DNA from: Octopus sinensis
Taxonomy: Eukaryota
Length of the DNA stretch: 64,000 nt
Direction of reading: 5' to 3'
Assembly (NCBI RefSeq): GCF_006345805.1
Contig: NC_043003.1
Location: 10,478,001 to 10,542,000 of the forward strand
The position numbers were made by a program, and so were the translations under genes. The notes under the pieces were generated by a model, which saw only the letters and a list, made by a program, of their open reading frames with translations, was not told the DNA's origin and did no database searches. Shown here piece after piece: positions 1-10,607 of this stretch (within the stretch, counting starts at the first letter, position 1; every line of letters starts with the position of its first letter).

Positions 1-1555
1 GCCTTAAATTATCAATGCACTCCCCCTTGCTCGGGTCCTTTCTGACGAGAGTCACCACTCCCCGGCGCACAGATCTGGGTATAAGCCCGTTCTGCTGCCA
101 GTTCGCATAGACCTCCGCCAGTAAGTGCCCGAACAAGTCTGGCATACTCTTATATAACTCATAGGGTAGACCATCCAAACCCGGCGCCTTGCCCGCGCCG
201 CAGTCCGCCATTGCCTCAACCACCTCCCCAGGCGTGATTGGCCCTTCACAGCCCTCCGCATCTCGCCCCGATAAGCGCGGCAGCCCGTCGAGTAGGTCCG
301 TAAAGGCCCTCCTCCTATCCAGTCCGCCGCACTCACCGAAAAGCTGAGCGAAGTGCTCCTGAAAGGCCTCACACATCTCCTCGGGTTCGTTTATCAACTC
401 ACCTTGTTGGTTCGTCAAAGGTCGAATCGTGGCATCGTTACCATGCTGAGCTTCCACCACTCGGGCCCATCTCACGGTGTTGATTCCTTCACATCCCATA
501 TGGCGGATTCTAGCCCTGACAATGCAGCCCATGTGTTTGGCCTCGAGGTGCTGGTTTAACACCAGTCTCTTGGACGCCACCTGAGCCGCAGAGCCAGTTT
601 TCATGGCTTCCTCTAATTCCTTAACTAGAGTATTTTCCCTTCTAGCCTCTCTAGCCACTACTCCTATGCTATATCTAATAGACTCAAACTTGATGGCTCG
701 TTTGAGGGCGTACCACCATTTGTTATTAATGATGGTACCAGATAGTGCCCTCTGAATTATATTCCTAATCCGGTCTTTGTACTCCTTAATCGCCAAAACG
801 GACGTATTAAGTTTCCAGTAACCGGATCCTCTATTTTTAACCTTATCTATGTCAAGCTTACAAGTGACCATTTTATGATCACTGTAGCTGATCGGGTAAA
901 ACTGTGGACACTTAGCTATTTTACTGTCTACTTTTCTAATTAGTATTCTATCTAAATATGACCTGGAAGATCCGTCGCTGTTTGACCATGTCCACAATGG
1001 AGCTTTCGGAAATTCCAGCCTATAAGGATCTGCTAGCTCAAAGCGGCTTAGCAGTTCCATGAAGCCACTGTTACCTTTCCTATCTGGACGCGAGCCAACA
1101 TAATCTACATCCGCTTTGCAAATTGTGTTAAAGTCTCCTAGCACCACTAATGAATGCGAAGTACCAAGAAAGTTTTCTAGTTCACGAAAATAATCACTTT
1201 GCCTTGTACTGTTGGGTGCGTAAATTGCAACCAGTCTGATAACTTTACCGTTACTGAACGTCAAATCCATGACGACCAGCCTACCTTCTGGATCTGCAAA
1301 AATTAACTTTTTCTCAGAAACCCGGTTTCTTTTTAATAGGACCAACACCCCACTCCCGCCGGTAGGACTGGCCGGAGAGAAAAAACTCTCGTAGCCGTCA
1401 AACAGCGGGAGTAGACCTCTTGGCCCCTCTAACCGGGTTTCTGTAGCAACAATAACATCTAAATTACGCGACCTGATATCATGCAGGAAGCGACCTTGCT
1501 TCCCGCTTGAACCCCGGCCGCGCACATTCAAACAACCAACATAAATGTAATCCAT
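1..1555 (-). CDS. ORF2 (APE endonuclease + N-terminal part of reverse transcriptase), open to the window edge, ~518 codons
   Basis: Manual translation from ATG at 1555: MDYIYVGCLNVRG...VATETR...IYAPN...LGDFN...YLDRIL...SYSDH...GYWKLN...KAPGLDGLPYELY...KDPSKGECIDNLR. The frame is consistent from 1555 to position 2. The ORF track omits it because it has no stop inside the window. Confidence 0.92.
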   Translation of the reverse strand, partial: MDYIYVGCLNVRGRGSSGKQGRFLHDIRSRNLDVIVATETRLEGPRGLLPLFDGYESFFSPASPTGGSGVLVLLKRNRVSEKKLIFADPEGRLVVMDLTFSNGKVIRLVAIYAPNSTRQSDYFRELENFLGTSHSLVVLGDFNTICKADVDYVGSRPDRKGNSGFMELLSRFELADPYRLEFPKAPLWTWSNSDGSSRSYLDRILIRKVDSKIAKCPQFYPISYSDHKMVTCKLDIDKVKNRGSGYWKLNTSVLAIKEYKDRIRNIIQRALSGTIINNKWWYALKRAIKFESIRYSIGVVAREARRENTLVKELEEAMKTGSAAQVASKRLVLNQHLEAKHMGCIVRARIRHMGCEGINTVRWARVVEAQHGNDATIRPLTNQQGELINEPEEMCEAFQEHFAQLFGECGGLDRRRAFTDLLDGLPRLSGRDAEGCEGPITPGEVVEAMADCGAGKAPGLDGLPYELYKSMPDLFGHLLAEVYANWQQNGLIPRSVRRGVVTLVRKDPSKGECIDNLR

Positions 1556-1564
1556 TACTTACCC

Positions 1565-2914
1565 CTATATCAGTGGTTCGACTTGTTCGACTTGTTTTTC
1601 GTCGTCTTCACTTTTATTTTTTTCCTTGGCTCGTGGGGGAGTCCGACGCAGGCCCTCGTATAGATATGGAGACATGTCCAATCTCAGAGGGCCCACGTCG
1701 TGGAAGAATTCGGATTTTATCCGTCTGTAATCCTTCCGGCCTATTTTATAAACAATGCAGTCTTTTGTTTTTCTCACTCTTTCCACTTTGGCCATGGCTG
1801 CCAAAACATTACCTAGTCTGTTATTGGTGGCCTTAATGGCCATAAATGAATTAGTTGCTTCCTTTCTCTTCTTCTGGTTCTCTTCCTGAGGGGTGGTTTC
1901 TGTTTTCCGTTTTTTTTTGGTAACTTTTGACCACCCCTCCTCTTTTTCCTTTTCTACGCCACTTGTTGTTTCTACTACCTCTTTGGTTTCATGTGTTTTT
2001 TCTTCTGTTTCCTTTTCTGTTTTTTCCTTTTCCGGCGGTGCTTCTACCTGCGGTTTAGGTTGGCACTCTGCTCTTACGTGCCCCTTTTTACCGCAGCCGA
2101 AGCACCTCGGCTTTCTTCCCTCCACGAACACTAGCACCCTCTACTCCTCGCTGAGCCTCAATATCTCCGGTATTTCTTCTAGTGTTTGGACTTCGGCTTG
2201 GATCGCCATTGTGATGCATTGGCCTTGCCAAAACCCTTCCTCCTCTACTGTAGCCTGGAGGATAGTGATCTTGTCCTCCAGGCCTAGCATCACTGCCGCC
2301 ACCAGGCATGTGGCGTCCGCTTCTGGCGGAATATTTTTCATTACTATTTTTGAGGTCCTTCTGCCTCTGTACAGGGGTAGAAGGACTATATTCCCTACTT
2401 TTTGAGGTTCGGTTGATAGCTTCTTTGCTATCTCCTCGGTCTTAAACCTCACCTCAACTGTTCCAAACCTTCTGCCTCGGTTTATGTACGTTATGTCTTT
2501 TCTTATTGCCTTCAGACAATCCTCTATTTTCTTTTCCTCCACTTTTTGGATGCTTTTCGTCGTTATATTGTAGGTCTTGTAGATGATCCTTTTTCTTTCT
2601 ATTTCTTCTTTCTTTCCGACGTCTGCTTCCACTGCTATTTCGTTTCCTTCTTTTTTCAGAAGGACTTCATATTTTTCTAGGTTGCTCCTATCTGTGTTGA
2701 TCCTTTTTTGTTTTCGACCTGCGACTTCCGCGAACTTCTTCGCTGGGGCCTTTTCTTTTTCTGGCGTCACCGCCGGTTCTTTTTCCGGTGTCACCGCCGG
2801 TGAACTTTCTTCACCTGAAGTTGGTGAACTTTCTTCACCTGAAATCGGTGAATATGAGATAGGAGGTTCCATCTCAAGCCTTTTCAATTGGCTTTCACAG
2901 CCTTCAAAAGACAT
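1565..2914 (-). pseudogene. ORF1 (gag-like, RRM-type region + CX2CX4HX4C knuckle) of element 1, with one in-frame TAG at 2141-2143
   Basis: Track ORFs 2141..2914 and 1565..2137 are in the same frame: ...ILRLSEE*RVLVFVEGRKPRCFGCGKKGHVRAEC. Confidence 0.9.
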
Positions 2915-3166
2915 TTTGGCTTTGCAAGCCTTATGTGTAGATTTTTAAATGTGTTCCACACAAAATGTCCCACAATAATTCCCCCGCAAGGGGGGAACTA
3001 AATACGCAGCCTTCGCGCGAAGGCCACTGACAGTCTTATACAAAAGACACAATATATCAAAGCAACAGTAATTAAATCAACGAACCGGTATTAACAAAGT
3101 AGCAGCAAATGACAAACCAGACAGGCACTCGAATAAGTATTCAGTTGGTGACAATTAAATTGAATT

Positions 3167-5068
3167 ATTTTATTATTACCCACAAGGGGCGAACATAGAG
3201 GGGACAGTACAATCGGGGAAAAAAATAAAATAATGAAATATGTATAAATGTGGTGTAATGCCCCACCCGATCCCCGAAATCAGGTGGTTACATTTCGTCG
3301 TTTTTAATTACATTTTATAATGTTTTCAAAAGTAACAAATTCATTTTTCAGCATTTTGCAATACATTTCAATACATTTCAAAATATAATTTCAAAATACA
3401 TTATCAATTACAGAAAAATTGTTTTCACAAATTCACATATAAAGCTTTCGCAATACATCTTTAAGATTTCAAAATACATTTGAAATAAACAAAAGTCTTT
3501 CCAAATTCTCTCTTTTTTTTTCTTATAATTTTAAATTAGTTCCATTACCTTTTTCAGGTCATTGTAGTTTTCCATTTCTCGTGGGTATCTTAGTAGTCGG
3601 CACTTCGTGTGTCTTGTTACGTTCATACCAGCGGCCTCGATAAACGCATCGGCGTTGTCTTCATGGACCAGTGCACCCGTTTCCTTCCACTCCGTGCCCA
3701 TCCTGACCCATGAATATCCCTCCGTTTCACTTATTAGTTCCTCCATCTCCCCACAGTGTCTGTATTGAACCAATGTTCCGTAAAATTTGTATCTTCTATT
3801 TGACCCTATGTTTTCTTTAGTTTTCCTCTTCGGACTTACTTCTTCTTTACCTTCCTCTCTCGGTTTTTCTCTTTCTCTCTTTTTGCTTTCCTTTTCTTTT
3901 TCCTTCTCTTGTCTTTTTGGTTCTTTGTCTGTCGTATGTTCTTTTCCTGTTTTTTTCTTTTTCTTTTTGTGTAGCAGCCTTTCCTTTCTCTTGATTCTGT
4001 TCCTTCTCTTGTTTTTTCCTGTTTTTTCTCTTTCCTTTATTTTACTTTCTTTTTCTTTCTCTATTGCCTGTAACTTTTGTTCTTCTTCTATTAATTTCTT
4101 CTTTGCTTTCATTTTCCTTCCGTGTATTATTTCCTTTTACCGTTGTTTCCCTTTCCTTGCTTTCTTTCTCCTTTAGAGTATTGTTCCCTTCTTCGGGTTC
4201 TTTCTCTTTCTCTTTTTCCTCTGCTTTTTCACACTCCGCCACGTATTCGTAAAGCGGACATTCTTTTTTAATGTGACCTCTTGTCCCACATAAATAACAA
4301 TTGGGTTTCCTCCCCTCAACGATTACGCAGAGGGTTCTACCATCTTCTACTTCTATTTGGAAGGGAATTCGATCTGTATCGCTGTTTGTGGCCATCAGCC
4401 ACATCTCTACTCCGAATCCCTTCCATTTCACTATGCTAGTCTCCTTTATCGATCCAATTTCTATATCTTCCTCTGCTGATCCTAGGATGGCTGTTACCAG
4501 CCATTCTGTTTTTAAATCTGGGGGTATATTTGGGATTTTAACCCGTACCCCTCTTTTCCCTTTGTAGGTAGGCCACATGACGAAGTTTTCGGCTCTGAGT
4601 ACGGTGGTAGCTAGCGAGGCCGCAACTTCTTTTGTTGCGTACCTCACCTCCACCGTACCATATTTCTTGCCTCTGCACACAAAGGTAGCCTTTTTCATAA
4701 CGTCGTCCAGACATTTTTCTATGTCTTCTATTGCTATTCTTGATAGCTTTCTTGTGGTCGTGTCCTGTGTTCTATAAATTATAGTTTTGTCCTCTTTTTC
4801 CTCCTTTGCTTCAGCAGGGGGGACCAGCTTCACTGTCACCCTCCCTTTCAATGAATTTCTCAAATTCCTCTAGCTATTCTTTTTTAAAGAACACCTCTCT
4901 TACTGTCAGCGGCGTATCGCTTTTCATTGCGGCGACCCCCGCGTAAGTCTCCATGACTTGAGGGTCGGCGCACCTTCTACAAAAAGTTTCCAACGCGCAG
5001 CGGCAAATGCCTCGCGCGATTCAAATTTCAATTTCTATATACAAAAATTAACAATTACTTAACACAAT
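3167..5068 (-). mobile_element. Element 2: ORF1-only Tx1-derived retroelement, ~1.9 kb, 15-bp TSD
   Basis: caattaaattgaatt occurs at 3152-3166 and 5069-5083. Between them lie a short 5'UTR, ORF1 and an AT-rich 3'UTR, with no APE or RT sequence. Confidence 0.88.
3531..4954 (-). pseudogene. ORF1 of element 2 (TAG at 4874-4876 and about two frameshifts)
   Basis: METYAGVAA...RGKKYGTVEVRY...PTYKGKRG...VIVEGRKPNCYLCGTRGHIKKECP, then a K/E-rich tract and a ~90-aa globular-looking C-terminus ending at 3531. Confidence 0.85.
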
Positions 5069-5419
5069 CAATTAAATTGAATTGTTAGCTCTTCTTTTTT
5101 CTCTACATTGTATACTTTAGACATTAGTCTTTTCTTTAATTTGATTTTTTATCATCCATCTGGACTATTCCATTTCTTCACGCTAATTTTATTTTTAATT
5201 TATTCCCATTCATGTGAAACCACTTATTCAAGTTCAAATCATTGATGCAATTTTATACCAAATGCTATTTTTACTTTTGTATGTTACGATTATATTATAC
5301 TTTAGTTTGATTTTAATTATTACTTACTACATATAATTCAATTGTTGTTATCTTTATTGTTAAAGTGAAAGCATCTGACATAAAATAGAGAAATATTTTT
5401 GTTTCACTTTTAACACGTA

Positions 5420-5613
5420 ATACTGAAATAGTGGAGAAGATATGATATTGCTATGGGCTCGCTCTAGGCAAGAAGTTGAACTTTTTTGCCCATGAAACTA
5501 CATGGACCCTAAGTAAGGCATGTCTAAAATTTGAATGAAATTGGTTGTGTAGTTTTAGGGAAACACAGACAGACAGACAGACACACACATTCTCAGTTTT
5601 ATATATATAAAGA
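5420..5613 (-). mobile_element. Non-autonomous Helitron-like fragment
   Basis: The 5' terminus reads A|TCtttatatatataaaa on minus, followed by (gtct)n, like the copies at 31715 and 43805. The 3' end is not clearly seen. Confidence 0.45.
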
Positions 5614-5831
5614 TATATATATATAGGATACCGATAGAATATATTTCTTTATTTACCAATGTAAAAATGTTTACATAGAGGGGACGTTACAAGGACAGAC
5701 AAGGGACATGTAGGATACAAATACGTTTCTTATATACAAGATGAAAAGACAGATGGATTTACATATATTTTACGGATGGAAATTAAAAATATATATGATG
5801 ATTGGATGGAAATTGGGTCCGGGTTAGTGAG

Positions 5832-6420
5832 TTAACCCGCCGGTTGGTCATCCCTTTTGGTAATCTTTTTCCTTCCTTTTATGCTCCGACCGACCGTGCA
5901 AGCACAGCCTCGTGCATTCTCATCTTTCTTACCACTGTCATCCATCTTTTTTCCTAACGCTCTTTGCGGCAGGCTCCTCCTCTCCAGACGGATCTTGCTG
6001 GAAAGATGGGCAGCGAAGTAATTCCCCAGCCCACATCCGGAGATGAATTTGCCTGTCGCAATCCCTTTCGCTCGCGTCTTCCATACCACATCTTTCAGTA
6101 TGGTTACTACGCAGAGAAAAGCTACCTTCTTTTCTTTGGTGAAAGAGGAAGGTGGTACAATCTTTATCATGGACTCGGACGAGAGCCGTACTCTTTCCGC
6201 ATCCGACAACAGCTGTTCGGCAAAGACCATCAACTCCCTCAACTCCTCAGTGTACGAAGGCGTGCGTAACCGTTTCACTGGCACGGCCGCACCTCGGACA
6301 CGTGGGGGAGGTGTCAGTACCATGCTTTGACGACCTTCCTTGAACCGGTAAAGCCGATCAGTAGCACAGCCAGGTCAAAGATTTCTTGTAGTTATCCACA
6401 AATCTCGACCCGAAAGTCTA
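5832..6420 (-). pseudogene. ORF2 C-terminal region of element 3 (zinc finger and terminal helices)
   Basis: Across frames: KSLTWLCY*SALPV...SPTCPRCGRASETVTHAFVH...KDVVWKTRAKG...HLSSKIRLER. Homologous to the fragment at 52555-52950. Confidence 0.75.
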
Positions 6421-6424
6421 AAAC

Positions 6425-7059
6425 TACACTTTTCTCTAACGCTTACTACTATCCTATCTATATAAGACATGACCAATCCGTCCTTCCTGGCCCAAGTCCA
6501 CATTGGGACGTTTGGATTGTCAAGTCTATATTCGATCAACCCGTCTGAAATGCTTCAGCAGATCAATGAGGCATGAGTTAACTTTTCTACCTTTCGAGCC
6601 TACGCTATCCGGGCGTGCATCCAGTATAGCGCTAAAGTCGCCTAACATAACTACAGTCCTTGAAGTCACAAGGAAGTTCTCCAGGCGTCGAAAAAAAATC
6701 AACCGTTTGCCTAGAATCCCAGGCGCGTAGATGCCATCCAACCTGACGGCCTTACCTCTGTACGTCAGGTCCAGAACGACCAACTTACCTTCCGGGTCCA
6801 CGAAAATTGTACGTGTCTGCATGACCAGGCTTTTTCGGATCAAGACTGCGACCCCTCTGCTTCCCCAGTCCTGGCTAGGAGAAATTATCTTCTCGTAGTC
6901 GTTCAGGAGGTCTGAGAAGACCTGCAGCTTGCCCAGCCTGGTTTCTGTAGCAACCATAACATCTATACCGTGTGACTAGAGGTCGTCGAAGAGGCAAGCT
7001 TGTTTCCTCTTCGAGCCCAGGTCACGTACATTCAAGCATGCAATACTTAACACGGTCAT
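6425..7059 (-). pseudogene. APE endonuclease of element 3, ending before the SDH motif
   Basis: MTVLSIACLNVR...DDL*SHGIDVMVATETRL...IYAPG...LGDFS...YIDRIVV. Confidence 0.88.
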
Positions 7060-7165
7060 CTCACATCATAAAAGGGAGGAAAAACCATACTTACCATTAG
7101 TTACCTTTCAAGGGGAATGGTTCTCAAAACTTTTGAGACCATTCCTCCACTTTCATCTTTCTTGT

Positions 7166-7570
7166 TCAAAAAGGGTTCAACCGGCGGGTCGAACACTTTT
7201 TCAGTCTCTTTGAGAGCCCCATGTCTTTAGGGTGTAACTTTGCCAGATCAAAATATAAAGTTTTCGTTATTCTGGCAAAAGTTACTGGACTTTGTTTAGA
7301 GTCATTTTGATATAAAATCGTATCTAATGTTTCGGATTTTGAAACTTTTGTTTTGAGGGCCTGTGTCTTTGTGGGGGAATCCATTGTTTTGAAAGTTTTC
7401 ATGTATATGTCTAGGGAGTGGCTGTGTGGTAAGTAGCTTGCGAACAAACCACATGGTTCCGGGTTCAGTTCCACTGCGTGGCATCTTGAGCAAGTGTCTT
7501 CTGCTATAGCCCCGGGCCGACCAATGCCTTGTGAGTGGATTTGGTAGACGGAAACTGAAAGAAGCCTGTC

Positions 7571-7628
<58 letters not shown>

Positions 7629-8844
7629 CTGTGTTTGTCCCCCTAGCATTGCTTAACAACCGATGCTGGTGTGTTCACGTCCCCGTCACTTAGCGGTTCC
7701 GCAAAAGAGACCGATAGAATAAGTACTGGGCTTACAAAGAATAAGTCCCGGGGTCGATTTGCTCGACAAAAGGCGGTGCTCCAGCATGGCTGCAGTCAAA
7801 TGACTGAAACAAGTAAAAGAGTAAGAGTAATCCTTCGCTTGAGTCCTGAATGCTGGTTTCCTCTGCACTTGTTGAGGCGGTCACCTTGGCTTGGAGTGCC
7901 GCCTCTTTGGTAGATGCACTCCTGGTAACGGCCTCCATGGCCGGGAGTGCACCCTCTTGGATTCCTATCGAGGTTGTGCTCTGTGTAACAACCTTCCTGG
8001 CCGCGGGTGCGGCCACTTTTTCCTGTAGGTTTTTTGACTTTTTGATTTTAGAAGTCCCTTCCTGGGGGTCCACTTCCTTGGAGGGGATAGTGACAGGTTT
8101 GCTTCTTTTTTATTATTTTCAAGACACTTCCCCTTTATGTGTCCTTTCTCCCTGGATTTGAAGCATCGGGGCCTTCTTCCCTCTACGTTTATGGGCAGAC
8201 TTAAATCTTCCATCACTCAAATTTCTGGGAGTTCTTCTAGATCATTGGCCGTGGCTTGGACCAAGATCTCAAGTGTCTGCCCCCACCAATTTTTAGGTCC
8301 GTTTTTTGCGATCTCGATTAATTGGATTTTGTCCTCTCGCTTGTATAAAAGTGTGGCCACAATCTAGCCTACCTCTACTTCTGGTGGGGGGTGGGGCATT
8401 TTTAATCTTTATCCGGGACATCCTACGTCTCAGATATAATGGTAGAAATAGAATATTGCCACTTTGCAAGGTTGGAGTCGAATACTCCCTTGCACGCTCC
8501 GTTGACTTGAACCTTGCTTCTATTGTGGAGAATTTACCGCCTCTGGTGTGGTATCTAATTTCTTACATTATAGCACTAAGACATTTCTCTATGGTGCTTT
8601 CTTCCAAGTGCTCGAATCTTTTTGTTTCCACATTGTATATATTTTGTAGACGATGGTCTTTTCTTTTATCTTTTTTTATTTCATTTGGAGGTGTTATTCT
8701 TGATTCACCATCTTTCTCAGTTATCATTCCAAAATAAGTTAGAATCTCTTCAATCTTTATCTTTATGAATTCGCGGCCGCCGACGGCTGCAGCGAAATTC
8801 ATGTTTGAGCTCTCTTCTATCGAAGACATTTTTGATGTAAACAC
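7166..8844 (-). pseudogene. ORF1 of element 3 (stops, frameshifts, split by a SINE at 7414-7828)
   Basis: FAAAVGG...HTRGGKFSTIEARF...FLPLYLRRRMSRIKIK...INVEGRRPRCFKSREKGHIKGKC. Confidence 0.82.
7414..7828 (+). mobile_element. SINE family A (tRNA-derived head, CORE-like domain, internal (TA)n(TG)n, CR1-like tail), full length
   Basis: ggagtggctgtgtggtaag...ggttcagttcc (B box)...catcttgagcaagtgtctt (CORE-like)...ccagcatggctgcagtcaaatgactgaaac. Confidence 0.88.
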
Positions 8845-9084
8845 TTCCGTATAAACGGCGAAATATTATCAATTTCCCAAAACAGGGACACAGTTCAATA
8901 TTTAACAATAACCGAAGCTGCTTCCCCCAAAGGGGGAGGCTCACAGTTCAGTTATATTACAAATTCAATATAACAACGTTTCCCTTACAGGAAACCAACA
9001 AACACAATAGTTAAACAGTAATAACAACAAACCTTACGGTGAATCAAAGCAGTACTAACTCGAAGCGGTGTCGAAATCGAATAG

Positions 9085-9200
9085 GGATACCGATAGAATA
9101 AGTCCTAGGCTTACAAAGAATAAATCCTGGGTCGATTTGTTCCACTAAAGTCGGTGCTCCAACATGACCGCAGTCAAATGACTGAAACAAATAAGAGTAA
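9085..9200 (+). mobile_element. SINE family A 3' fragment, the insertion target of element 3
   Basis: ccgatagaataagtcctaggcttacaaagaataaatcctgggtcgatttg...caaatgactgaaac. Confidence 0.8.
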
Positions 9201-9265
9201 AAAAAACAAAACAAGAGTAGATATCAATTATATTTTTATGATATAGACATTCTTCAAGGGTTAGA

Positions 9266-9570
9266 GGTACTACTAGCAAACAGTGGTCCCGGTGCGCGCA
9301 CTCGCACATCCGCGCTAGCTAGTCGTAAGTAGTCGATCCTACAACGACTTTTTAACCCTAACCTTAGTTTGTTTATAAAAATAATTTATTTACTTAGTTT
9401 TAAAAATTATTTACTTTGCGTTTTATTTACTTTGTTCGAAAAATATTAATTTTCTTTGTTATGTATTCAGCCTTGAAATACAAACATACGCGCAAGTCGT
9501 TGTAGGATCGACTACTTACGACTAGCTAGCGCGGATGCGCGTACCGGGACTACTATTCGCTAATAGTACC
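9266..9570. mobile_element. Fold-back/MITE-like element with ~85-bp imperfect TIRs
   Basis: 44-bp perfect inverted repeat at 9307-9350 / 9494-9537, with outer arms ggtactactagc... / ...gctaatagtacc and an AT-rich centre. Confidence 0.75.
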
Positions 9571-10224
9571 GGGTTCGATCCTTGGGCAGTACCAATAGGA
9601 GTTTATGCAACAGTCTTACTAAAGGACGAAAAATTAACTGTAAAGTATAGAAGCCATCTTATCATGGCTAACCACATTGGGGAGGGGGTGTTACTGTAGC
9701 TTTATAGCCCCAAGAGATCTTCGTCTCTAGCTGGCTTTAGACACAATATCTGTGACCTTGGAGTATTTGCAAAGGGAGACCATCCCTTCCTCGCAAGCCT
9801 CAGTGATACGCAATTAACTGCAATGGATAAAGTTGTTGACATTCAACAACAGAATCCACTACGAAATTGTGTTAGTCTACCGTACATATCGAATAAAGAG
9901 GAACACAGAACTGTCTTTGACATAATGGAACCAATATTCTTGGTTATTATGGGATTAACGAAAAATGTTAGACAAAATGAAGAGAAGCTTAAATTGTCAG
10001 CTGAGAAGCTTAGTGGTGAACTTAGAGGAAGAAAAACGGATTACAAATAAAAAGAAAAGAGTACGTTAGGTAAATTGAAAAGTAAAGATGTTGAGTGGAT
10101 TGTCAATCAAGTAGAAATAAAAACAATACCAGTTGTGTAATGACCTAAAGGTGAAGACAACAGAAGGGAGATAATTACCAATCGTGCTTGTATAAAAAGT
10201 GTTTAGAAGAAAACTAGTTATTTT

Positions 10225-10607
10225 TTTTTTATATTGGTTTCAGTCATTTGACTGCGGTCATGATGGAGCACTGCCTTTTAGTCGAGCAAACCGACCCCAG
10301 GACTTATTCTTTGTAAGCCGAGTACATATTCTATCGGTCTCTTTTCCAGAACCGCTAAGTTACGCGGATCGTAAATACACCAGCGTCGGCTGTCAAGCGA
10401 TGGTAGGGGGGACAAACACAAATATACACACATGCGCATATATATATATGTGTGTGTGTATTTGTATGAGGGGCTTCTTTCAGTTTCCGTCTACCAAATC
10501 CACTCACAAGGCTTTGATCAGCCTGCGGCTATAATAGAAGACCCTTGCGCAAGGTGCCATTCAGTGGGATTGAACCCGGAAGCATGTGATTGCGGCGCAA
10601 GCTTCTT
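10225..10607 (-). mobile_element. SINE family A interrupted by element 4 (its head continues at 12589-12610)
   Basis: Family A body in reverse. It breaks at gcaagcttctt and resumes as gcaagcttcttaccacac after element 4. Confidence 0.82.

Larger units (their letters stand above)
1..3130 (-). mobile_element. Tx1-like (L1 clade) non-LTR retrotransposon, element 1; 5' half present, continues beyond the left edge
   Basis: 5'UTR (~2915-3130), ORF1 with CCHC knuckle, 9-nt spacer, then ORF2 with APE endonuclease, the L1/Tx1 'YWKLN' motif and the start of RT. The 5' boundary is approximate because the 3' TSD is outside the window. Confidence 0.92.
5642..9080 (-). mobile_element. Element 3: internally deleted (RT-less) Tx1-like element, 16-bp TSD, containing a nested SINE
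   Basis: ggataccgatagaata occurs at 5626-5641 and 9085-9100. Order on minus: 5'UTR, ORF1, APE, ORF2 C-terminal zinc finger, 3'UTR ending ...aataaagaaata. Confidence 0.88.

Noticed and set aside
2141-2143. In-frame TAG before the zinc knuckle as programmed readthrough
   Set aside because: The homologous ORF1s in this window have sense codons at this position and there is no recognised readthrough context. A nonsense mutation or sequencing error is simpler.
1507-4777. Plus-strand ORFs overlapping elements 1 and 2
   Set aside because: Antisense shadows of purine-rich ORF1 sequence.
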